Shown here: one piece after another, positions 56,376 through 64,000 of the stretch
How the letters are laid out: each line of letters starts with the position of its first letter
Numbering within the stretch: position 1 is the stretch's first letter
Source of the DNA: a virus
DNA: 64,000 nt
IMG/VR virus record: IMGVR_UViG_3300042321_002027
Reading direction: 5' to 3' (one strand)
Notes under the pieces: generated by a model
What the model saw: only the letters and a program-made list of their open reading frames with translations
Databases searched by the model: none
Told to the model about the DNA's origin: nothing
Position numbers and translations under genes: made by a program

Positions 56376-57089
56376 TCAGCGCCAAGTAAAAAAATCGTTT
56401 AACGAATTCAATTCGATTTTTCTATCATTGCCTAATTTGTTCTTATAGTTTATGACGTAGTTAATTTTCGGTGTGCTCAACAAGAAATCATGAACTTTTT
56501 CGAAAACTTTGACGTTTAAGCTCTCAACAAACTCTGAAATATCTTTTTTTGAGAAATTTTTAGTCTCATAAACCTCATCACCATCGTAAATTTTGTCGAT
56601 ACATCTTAAAATCAACTCAAAAAGGTGATCTTTTTCTAATTTTAAAAATTCTTCATCAGAATATAGTGATGCAGGAGGGTATTTTAGGATTAAACCCGCT
56701 GTTTCGTTGATTTTGATGATATTTTCGGTTTTTTTAGGGAAAGTTACTTGAATTTCTTCTAAATTTACATCAAAATCATAAACATTTTTGTCTTCATTAT
56801 CTTTTAATGATATTTTGATGATGCTATCTACAGAAAACGACCTTAATTTCAAGAAAATATACTCTAAATCAAAAATCGCAATTGAGTCGACGTCAAATTT
56901 CTTGTCTAAACAACAATTTTGAACAATTTGTTTGATTACTACAAGAATATCAGAGTCGTTTTTGCTTTCTTTCGCCATAAAAAGAAGCTTTTCTTCTTTT
57001 ACAAGAAATGGCCTGAACATAAATTCCTTTTTTAAGGAAGGAACTTTGATATTAAGTATTGGATAATCTATTTTTGGCAAAGATGACAT
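56376..57089 (-). CDS. gp26-like baseplate hub subunit
   Basis: LPKI...FRPFLVKEEKLL...FDLEYIFLKLRSFSV...LNDFF. Confidence 0.88.
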   Translation of the reverse strand: MSSLPKIDYPILNIKVPSLKKEFMFRPFLVKEEKLLFMAKESKNDSDILVVIKQIVQNCCLDKKFDVDSIAIFDLEYIFLKLRSFSVDSIIKISLKDNEDKNVYDFDVNLEEIQVTFPKKTENIIKINETAGLILKYPPASLYSDEEFLKLEKDHLFELILRCIDKIYDGDEVYETKNFSKKDISEFVESLNVKVFEKVHDFLLSTPKINYVINYKNKLGNDRKIELNSLNDFFTWR

Positions 57090-57104
57090 TATTTACTCCA
57101 TATT

Positions 57105-57797
57105 TTAAGCTGTTATCACTCCAGTAGAAGTGGTGATCGAGACACGGTCAGTAGAAGGTGTTGTTGCGTTAGAATTTATGTTACTTCCTACGATTGAATA
57201 GCTAGAGTACGTTACAGTTATGGCTATACGCATAAGATTAACATTGTCGTTCCAAGCTAACTGAATTTCTCTCATAGAAGAAGGGTATGCTTCATAAAGA
57301 TTTATAGTTTTTACTGTTTCTCCAACATCATTATAAATCACTATCATCATATTTGTTGAATATTCGTCTTTATACTCAATGGTATAATTTGGTATTCTAC
57401 CACCGTTGAAAATATTATCTCCATTTGGTTCTTGGCCATTAAAATTGAAGATACCGTTTATCCAATTGTACCAAAAGTCCCAAAGATCAGTATTTCTGTC
57501 TAGTAGGATAGAAAATGTGGTGTCGAAATATTGAGCATTGTACGGCATCTTTTGTGTTGGGCCAATGCCGTATCTGTTAGTGTCGATTGATAACAAAGAT
57601 GCGCTAGGAGTGCGAACTTGGTCTATTCTGAACCTTAAAAGATTGTTTATATCTTTTATGCTCGTTTCTCTATCATTTATTTTCATGTATTTGTTTTGCA
57701 AAAATTTAGGCGCTTGAACGAACACTTCAAATTTGTTATTTTTGATGTATCCAAAGAAATCTAAATTTTGTTTGAAGCTATTTACGTTAAAAGGCAT
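57105..57797 (-). CDS. gp54/gp19-like tail tube (initiator) protein
   Basis: YGIGPTQKMPY, YKDEYST, LYEAYPSSM..IQLAW. Confidence 0.7.
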   Translation of the reverse strand: MPFNVNSFKQNLDFFGYIKNNKFEVFVQAPKFLQNKYMKINDRETSIKDINNLLRFRIDQVRTPSASLLSIDTNRYGIGPTQKMPYNAQYFDTTFSILLDRNTDLWDFWYNWINGIFNFNGQEPNGDNIFNGGRIPNYTIEYKDEYSTNMMIVIYNDVGETVKTINLYEAYPSSMREIQLAWNDNVNLMRIAITVTYSSYSIVGSNINSNATTPSTDRVSITTSTGVITA

Positions 57798-57805
57798 TTC
57801 TTTTC

Positions 57806-58387
57806 CTAGTATGGAGGTTTTCTTGCGTATTTTCTGTTAGGATTGATTTGCCATCTTTGTAAAGGAAGCAAAACAGCTTTGTCCCAATCGTAAGGCGAAA
57901 CTTGATGAAAACTGCTTCTTACATGAGCAAACAAATATCTTTTTATGCAATTTTCGAACCCGTTAAACTGAATAGAGTGAGCTTTCAACACATTATATGA
58001 AATTGCCAATTTGGTAGAGTTATCATATTTATCATTGTTCGCTAGATCTTTTAAATTTGTTAAAAGTTTAGCTCTGGCTAATGGTGGAAGATAGTGTAAG
58101 TTGATACCCAAGAAACCGTCAGAATAGAACTCTATAGGGAAAACTAAAGGATATGCATCGTAATAAGGTAATATGTTTTTGTACTTTGGATCGTAAGCAA
58201 ACATGTACATTTGGCCGATTTCAGGAAATGCATCTTTAGTAAAAACATTATTTTGGTTTCTGGATAGTTTTTTAGATACATCCGAAGCTTTGTCTTTGAA
58301 CCAATCAATAGCGGTTTTCGCACTGCTGGCTAGCTCTTTTCCGGTGTTTTTTAGTAATTGGAAAAATTCATCGTCTTGACCAGCCAT
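57806..58387 (-). CDS. gp2: gp2-like DNA end protector
   Basis: MYMFAYDPKYKNILPYYDAYPL, GINLHYLPP, CIKRYLFAHVRS. Confidence 0.92.
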   Translation of the reverse strand: MAGQDDEFFQLLKNTGKELASSAKTAIDWFKDKASDVSKKLSRNQNNVFTKDAFPEIGQMYMFAYDPKYKNILPYYDAYPLVFPIEFYSDGFLGINLHYLPPLARAKLLTNLKDLANNDKYDNSTKLAISYNVLKAHSIQFNGFENCIKRYLFAHVRSSFHQVSPYDWDKAVLLPLQRWQINPNRKYARKPPY

Positions 58388-58827
58388 TATTTAATCCCTA
58401 ATTCTTTCTCTGTGAAAATATGGAAAGTCCAGCCTCTGTCTTTACAAAATTCATAGGCGGCTTTCCATTTAGCTTCATTCGTTCCCCAAGTTTTTACCTC
58501 GGTCAAAAACGTTTTTTGTTTTTTGCCTTTGGTGTTTTTTGGTGGAATAGTTTGTACATAAGGTTTTACTTCTATCAAAATAGTTTCTTTCTTACCATCA
58601 CTATTTATTTTTGTAACGATAAAGTCCGGAAAGTATCTGTGTATTTTTCCATCTATAGGAGATCTGTATGGTATTATTATTTCTTCAGATCCCCAACTCA
58701 AAATATCCTTTCTAGAATCTAAATAAAGCATGAGTTTGAGTTCCCAACCCGAACGATATACAATATTTGTTGGGTCGCCTTTGTATTTTTGTGGATTTTT
58801 AGGTTTAAAGAGTCCTTGTATCGGCAT
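58387..58827 (-). CDS. gp4: gp4-like head completion nuclease
   Basis: FKPKNPQKYKGDPTNIVYRSGWE, HRYFPDF, IEVKP, NEAKW; start ATG 58827. Confidence 0.92.
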   Translation of the reverse strand: MPIQGLFKPKNPQKYKGDPTNIVYRSGWELKLMLYLDSRKDILSWGSEEIIIPYRSPIDGKIHRYFPDFIVTKINSDGKKETILIEVKPYVQTIPPKNTKGKKQKTFLTEVKTWGTNEAKWKAAYEFCKDRGWTFHIFTEKELGIK

Positions 58828-58835
58828 AAAAAACG

Positions 58836-58866
58836 TAATAAATAATAACAACAAGTTATTTATGTA
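58836..58866. promoter_or_regulatory. Pair of oppositely oriented T4-type late promoters between gp4 and gp48-like genes
   Basis: TAATAAATA on plus and CATAAATA on minus. Confidence 0.55.
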
Positions 58867-58882
58867 GCATAAGATAAAGAGA

Positions 58883-59614
58883 ATGCCATTTCCATCAACC
58901 ACTTCAAATATCCCAAATTTCCCTAAACCATTAGACAGAAATGAAAATTCTGGTCCTTTGGTTTTTCCAAACGATTTGACAAACAGCACTGGTAGAAATT
59001 TCTACACACAAATACAATTCGTTCAATATTCTATATTCCAACAAATAAATTTTATGGGTTCGTATGCATTGCCATCCGGCGGTATGAAGCTTCCTATACC
59101 TTCTAAAGTAAACGACAACTTAATTTTACATTGGAGCCCAGTTTCTTTAACCGAATCTGTGTTAGGTGCAGCGGGTTCTTTTGGTAAAGGCGCTGGTCTT
59201 GTAGCACAATTAGGCGGTGCTGCGGTTCCTGGAGGACTTGCACTTAATCCATTGATGTTTTTGCTTTTCCAAAGACCTGAATACAGACAATTTTCGCTAA
59301 GTTGGTTGTTAACTCCAAGAAACGAAAAAGAATCTAACACAATTAAGAACATAGTTACTAAGTGCAAGAGGGCTGCTTCTCCTGACAGATTTGGTCCGTT
59401 TCTTATGACATATCCACAAGTAGCTCTAATTAAGATGTATCCAAATGATATTTTCGGGCAAATGATATTTAAACCTTGTATTATAACATCTGTTCAAGTT
59501 AATTACACAAATGCTCCAACTCCAGCTTTCCATAAAAATGGAGCTCCTGCAGCAGTTGCATTAACATTGAATCTGATGGAAATGCAGTTCTGGTTCAGAA
59601 ACGAGATAACCTAA
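58883..59614 (+). CDS. gp48-like baseplate tail-tube cap
   Basis: NP...LFQRPEYRQFSLSWLLTPRNEKES..I; CIITSVQVNY. Confidence 0.8.
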   Translation: MPFPSTTSNIPNFPKPLDRNENSGPLVFPNDLTNSTGRNFYTQIQFVQYSIFQQINFMGSYALPSGGMKLPIPSKVNDNLILHWSPVSLTESVLGAAGSFGKGAGLVAQLGGAAVPGGLALNPLMFLLFQRPEYRQFSLSWLLTPRNEKESNTIKNIVTKCKRAASPDRFGPFLMTYPQVALIKMYPNDIFGQMIFKPCIITSVQVNYTNAPTPAFHKNGAPAAVALTLNLMEMQFWFRNEIT

Positions 59615-60492
59615 TGACAGACAGATATTTCGATAAGTTTCCTTTAATAACTTACGCTAACAACACTATCGTAGATATTACCAGAAAAGTTACCCTTTTG
59701 GACAAAGTCTCTAGTAACCCATATGCATTTTACCCGTTTGAGATAACAAATTACGAAAGACCAGACCAGCTTTGTAATCGATACTACAACGATTCGTACA
59801 AAACTTGGTTGATATATTTGGCTAACAACATTAAAGATCCGTATTATGAATGGTATTTGTCAGAAGACGAGCTAAATGAGTTCGTAGAGTTAAAATACGG
59901 TTCTTTTTATAAAGCACAAACTAAGATAAAATTTTACAGGAATGATTGGGAAAATAAAGAACCGATATCAAAGAGCGAATACAACGCATTAACTCCTGGT
60001 CAGAAAAAATATTGGAATCCAAATTATGGTATGGGTTCTTCGGTAATTGACTATTCTAGAAAAGAAATAGACTGGTCATCAACAACCAACAAGATAATTT
60101 CTTATGCTGTAAGTAATACAAACTTTATTACAGACGAGTTATGTAACATTCGTTTACAAGGCGAGTATATTGGTAAAGGTCAAATAGTAGCTACTACCAA
60201 CACGAATATATATCTACAGCATGTGTACGGCTCTTTCTTTACCAGTGATGTAATAACTTTAAGCGGCAATAGCTATATCTTTGGAACAGAAAGCAATTGT
60301 AATGCAGTTGTAACTGCAGTTTCTTCATCGGCTAATAATATAGCAGAAGAAGAATTAGTTTATTGGAAACCAATCACTTACTATGACTATGAAGTAGAAA
60401 GAAACGAATACAACAAGTCAATAAGAGTTATTGACAGCAACCAAGCATCTGTAGCAGTAGATAATTTGAGAGTTCTTTTGGAGACTGAATAA
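59614..60492 (+). CDS. gp53-like baseplate wedge protein
   Basis: YFDKFPLITY, ERPDQL...YY...WLIYLANNIKDPYYEW, YDYEVERNE. Confidence 0.85.
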   Translation: MTDRYFDKFPLITYANNTIVDITRKVTLLDKVSSNPYAFYPFEITNYERPDQLCNRYYNDSYKTWLIYLANNIKDPYYEWYLSEDELNEFVELKYGSFYKAQTKIKFYRNDWENKEPISKSEYNALTPGQKKYWNPNYGMGSSVIDYSRKEIDWSSTTNKIISYAVSNTNFITDELCNIRLQGEYIGKGQIVATTNTNIYLQHVYGSFFTSDVITLSGNSYIFGTESNCNAVVTAVSSSANNIAEEELVYWKPITYYDYEVERNEYNKSIRVIDSNQASVAVDNLRVLLETE

Positions 60493-61736
60493 TGGCTATT
60501 GGAGATATTAAATTTTCTGAATTGAAAATTGGTGGTGTTGATTTAAATGATCCTAATCAAGCTTATCCAGACGAAATAAACATATATGAAGACATTTTAA
60601 ATTCTTATGGTCCAGCTATAGAAATAAGAGTTATTGATCCAACAGATGCCTTCGGTAAAAACAACATTAATGGATCTTACGATCAAGACATAATCATTTC
60701 ATTTTCTGATGATATGGGTAAAACTGTAAGGTTTAAATTCAAACAGCTTGAAAATTCAAATTTGACAGACGAAGCTCAATTTAAGCAAGGTTCTTTGCAT
60801 GCTAAAAGTTCCACTGTAAAAGGTGTAAGTCCAGAACTATTAAACGCTCAAGGACATTATGTACAAAAAAGCTGGGAAGATAAAACAACCAATATTGCTA
60901 GAGACATATTGAAAGACAATTATAAAACAGACAAGCAAATTGAAATTGATGACGATTCTAAAGAAAAAAGAAGATGGATTGCCTCTAACGAGCATCCACT
61001 AAAACAGTTACAAAAGTTAAACGAAGAACACGTGGCAACGCAAAGCCAATCTTCAACTTATGTTATATTTCCAAAACAAGAAAAAGGCAATTCAAAATAT
61101 AAAATAACTACTTACGAAAAGTTATTCCAACAAAGCCCAGTAGCAACGATAAAACAATCAACAGTTCTTGATACCTCTGCCTCTACTGAAGAAGATAAAA
61201 GAAATTCTATAATGTGGATGAACGTCGGCGAGTCTTTTTATAGTGGTTCTAGACATCTAACAAAATCTTCAGAACAAACTACAAATCTTTTTACACATAA
61301 GATCGTACAAACAGACTCTATACAAACTAAATTTGTTTTACCAGGTAAAGAAGTATATCAAGGGCAAACATCAAATCATAATGTTGTTCCGCAAAGAAAA
61401 ATATATAGTAAACTAAATGAACCAAAAGAACAAAGAATAACACCAGCTGACGCTAAAACAAAAAGGGCTGAATTTCTTTCTCATTTGGCACAAAATTCAG
61501 CTGAATTAGAAATACCAGGAAATCCAGATATAACTTTAGGTTCAATGATAACTTTGCAAATACCCAAAAAAGTAGATGCAGGATTAGGCGGTGGTAATGA
61601 AATGCAATTCAATGATAAAGTTTTAGTAGTAGGTGTTAGACACAGAATAAAACCAGCAGGTAAAACACCTAGATATACTCAAGTGTTAAAAGTTGTGAAA
61701 GCATCTTTTTCTCAAGGCGGTGGAGGCAGTGCTTAA
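60492..61736 (+). CDS. gp27-like baseplate hub protein
   Basis: NIYEDI, IPGNPDITLGSMI...LVVGVRH; position between gp53 and gp5. Confidence 0.65.
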   Translation: MAIGDIKFSELKIGGVDLNDPNQAYPDEINIYEDILNSYGPAIEIRVIDPTDAFGKNNINGSYDQDIIISFSDDMGKTVRFKFKQLENSNLTDEAQFKQGSLHAKSSTVKGVSPELLNAQGHYVQKSWEDKTTNIARDILKDNYKTDKQIEIDDDSKEKRRWIASNEHPLKQLQKLNEEHVATQSQSSTYVIFPKQEKGNSKYKITTYEKLFQQSPVATIKQSTVLDTSASTEEDKRNSIMWMNVGESFYSGSRHLTKSSEQTTNLFTHKIVQTDSIQTKFVLPGKEVYQGQTSNHNVVPQRKIYSKLNEPKEQRITPADAKTKRAEFLSHLAQNSAELEIPGNPDITLGSMITLQIPKKVDAGLGGGNEMQFNDKVLVVGVRHRIKPAGKTPRYTQVLKVVKASFSQGGGGSA

Positions 61737-62125
61737 TGGCTAAGTTTTTAATTGCAGAAGTAAGACAAGGACCACATAAAGATCCTAGCAACTCAGGTCA
61801 TTGTCAAATACGTATCTACAATAGACAAAATGATGAACAAAATATTAAAGACGAACATTTGAAGTGGGCATGCCCACTTCACCCAATAACATCTGCTGCA
61901 ACTGCAGGAGTAGGTATTATACCTGCAGGTATGATTCCAGGTTCTAGAGTTTTGATAACTTATTTGGATGATGATGAAGGCGAACAATATCCAATAATTC
62001 TTGGTACTTTGGGAAGAGGCGAGTTGCCAGATGAAGATGGTATAGGAAAAAGATCAGATACACAAACGGCTGGTAAAATTGATAATTCTAAACCAAATGA
62101 TAATCCAGTCACAGTAAAGGTTTGA
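61736..62125 (+). CDS. gp5 N-terminal OB-fold-like protein
   Basis: DP...G.CQIRI...LKWA.P..P.TSA...G.G...GSRV...D...QYPIILGTL. Confidence 0.75.
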   Translation: MAKFLIAEVRQGPHKDPSNSGHCQIRIYNRQNDEQNIKDEHLKWACPLHPITSAATAGVGIIPAGMIPGSRVLITYLDDDEGEQYPIILGTLGRGELPDEDGIGKRSDTQTAGKIDNSKPNDNPVTVKV

Positions 62126-62129
62126 AATA

Positions 62130-63440
62130 ATGGCTATTTACAATAATTTAACACAATTAGATGCTGGAAAATCATTTAATTTTTCTATAAATAAAAAAGT
62201 CAGAATTGAAGATTATCCTCCATATGCAACACCTCCTAAACCAAAGGAAGATGGCAAGCAAAATTATGAAGGTAATGCAGTTCCTAATGCACCAAACAGA
62301 GACAAGCCAACAACTGCGGACGCTAAAAAAGGATTAAAAGATTTACCAGCTGCTATGGCTGCAGTAGACCCTAAAGGTTTGTCATCTATAGCCCCGAAGA
62401 TGTATCAGATGTTAGGACAAATTGCTGCTGCCGCTGGTGGTGCATCTGAATCTACTCGAAAACAAACTGTCGAGGATGCTTTGTCTGGTGCGTTAGCTAT
62501 ATTGTCTAACAAGTATACATTTGAATATCTGACTCTAGTTTTCAACAATGCGCTGCAAAATGACGGTGTCAAGCTCATAGACAAAGGTTATCAATCTGTT
62601 GTTAAAAACGCATTGGCAAACCTCTACAAAAATTATTTGACCTATGGTGAGGGAAATATTCCAGAAACAACTTATGAGACAGTAACAACGATTGGAGATG
62701 CACCATCACCAATAGTAACTGATGTTCCAGATTTATACGTTCAGCAATATTATACAAAAGAAAACGATCCGTATCCTGGTTATACTGAATGGATTTCTCA
62801 AGATGGTTCTGATATTGTTTTTACAGAAAGAACAATAGGCGATCCATATTATACTTCTTCTAGCGAAGAGGTTTATTCTGATGCTGAAAAAAAGTTGGCC
62901 ATAGCTTTAGAGCCTTTTGTGATAGAAAATAATTTGACTGCTCCAGAATTAAATGATCTTTTGTTGAGTCAAGAATCCCAAATAGAAAATAATACTGCTG
63001 AAAAAACAGGTGGCAAAAACTCTTCAAAGCAATTAATGAGCGTATTGATGCAATTAGCAGGATATGCTGGAAAAATAGCTAACTTGCAACAATCTCTTCA
63101 ATTGCCTATTTCTGTGTTAAACCAAGGTGGTATTAAAAAATCTCATGAATCTTTCATGAAAAACATTGGTCAATTAAGACAAGCAAAAGATAAGGCAAGA
63201 GAAGCAGCAAAACCTTTATCTGCTGCAGCAGGTTTACTTTCTTCCGTAGGAGCTTTATCAGGGGCGGTTGGTGCTGTTTCTGGAGCTGTTGGTGCAGTAT
63301 CAGGTGCAGTAGGGGCTGTTTCCGGAGCTGTTGGTGCTGTAAGCTCTATTTCTTCTGTCTCTAGTGCAGTTTCCGCTGCACAAACTGTTGTAAAATCAAC
63401 AGAACACGTGAAATCTTTATATAACACTATTACGAGTTAA
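62130..63440 (+). CDS. Baseplate-region hypothetical protein
   Basis: 436-aa ORF with C-terminal SGAVGAV repeats. Confidence 0.7.
   Translation: MAIYNNLTQLDAGKSFNFSINKKVRIEDYPPYATPPKPKEDGKQNYEGNAVPNAPNRDKPTTADAKKGLKDLPAAMAAVDPKGLSSIAPKMYQMLGQIAAAAGGASESTRKQTVEDALSGALAILSNKYTFEYLTLVFNNALQNDGVKLIDKGYQSVVKNALANLYKNYLTYGEGNIPETTYETVTTIGDAPSPIVTDVPDLYVQQYYTKENDPYPGYTEWISQDGSDIVFTERTIGDPYYTSSSEEVYSDAEKKLAIALEPFVIENNLTAPELNDLLLSQESQIENNTAEKTGGKNSSKQLMSVLMQLAGYAGKIANLQQSLQLPISVLNQGGIKKSHESFMKNIGQLRQAKDKAREAAKPLSAAAGLLSSVGALSGAVGAVSGAVGAVSGAVGAVSGAVGAVSSISSVSSAVSAAQTVVKSTEHVKSLYNTITS
63246..63342 (+). repeat. 21-nt coding tandem repeat (SGAVGAV, about 4 copies)
   Basis: Visible in the translation; synonymous divergence between copies. 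Confidence 0.8.
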
Positions 63441-63443
63441 AAT

Positions 63444-64000
63444 ATGGTAGATACTAACAAAAAATTACCTAAGCACGGTTGGGATGATGAAATTGTTCCA
63501 GAACAAGGTTGGGTTACTGGCGAACAAGACATCCTCGGCAGCAAAAACTTCAAATATGCTAATCCTGACAAACCAGAGGATTTTAGCACACAGAAGGTTT
63601 CTGCTACAGGCTCTTATGGAACTACGCAATACGATAAAAACAAAAAAGAAATCGTAACAAACTTATGCGTTGGAGAAATTCGAGGATATACAGCAGGTGG
63701 TTGTTCTTCACAAACAGATGGCCATAAAGACACTAGTGTAGATTCTACTTATCGTGAAAATTGTACAGGAGACAAAGGTGTTTCGAGCAAATCAAGCTTT
63801 GAAGCCGCTACAAACAGTAAATATTCTTCAATATCAGGTTCTTATTATACATTTACAGTCGGACCAAGATCAGAGTCTAAAACGTTTAATGGTACAGACG
63901 GAGACGTTGCAGAAGAATTTTCCGGACATCGCCATTCTGCATACGAAAAAGATAAGGTAGAAGCAGTCAAAGGTAACAAAGTTACCATGATTGAGGAAGG
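63444..64000 (+). CDS. gp5 C-terminal beta-helix-like protein, runs off right edge
   Basis: MVDTNKKLPKHGWDDE...; G..H...E.D....V.G periodicity. Confidence 0.55.
   Translation, partial: MVDTNKKLPKHGWDDEIVPEQGWVTGEQDILGSKNFKYANPDKPEDFSTQKVSATGSYGTTQYDKNKKEIVTNLCVGEIRGYTAGGCSSQTDGHKDTSVDSTYRENCTGDKGVSSKSSFEAATNSKYSSISGSYYTFTVGPRSESKTFNGTDGDVAEEFSGHRHSAYEKDKVEAVKGNKVTMIEE

Noticed and set aside
63246-63342. Tandem repeat as a DGR or phase-variation locus
   Set aside because: It is an in-frame peptide repeat with synonymous variation, and no reverse transcriptase or template repeat is seen.

Overview
A 64-kb segment of a T4-like (Tevenvirinae/Kyanoviridae-style) myovirus. Its host is probably an alphaproteobacterium, inferred from a two-piece tmRNA with an ANDNF tag, a DUF1127-type protein, a ROSE-like leader on hsp20, a PlcP/Agt-like pair and a class II RNR. 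From left to right on the minus strand: nucleotide metabolism and primase (nrdJ, thyX, gp61); a late cluster of probable virion/internal proteins, many starting with a T4 capsid-targeting-like N-terminus; the replication genes gp41, uvsX and gp43; hsp20; and an accessory block. Next is a GC-richer, divergently transcribed early island (about 32.7-44.2 kb) of about 24 similar promoter+RBS+small-gene modules. After it come plus-strand early/middle genes, a permuted tmRNA, two structurally aberrant tRNAs, gp33/gp59/gp32 and the baseplate/tail module. Most notable: (i) a probably capsid-packaged enzyme module (ligase-like/HxGH nucleotidyltransferase fusion, nuclease-like protein, HAD phosphatase); (ii) a translation toolkit (tmRNA, ArfA-like peptide, D-arm-reduced long-variable-arm tRNAs for AGA and AUA, HD hydrolase); (iii) a PlcP-Agt-like lipid-remodelling pair; (iv) several unannotated structured RNAs, including a covarying tandem-hairpin leader and a stand-alone late ncRNA; (v) a -1 frameshift site upstream of the tape-measure-like gene. 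All family assignments come from motif recognition by eye, with no database search.
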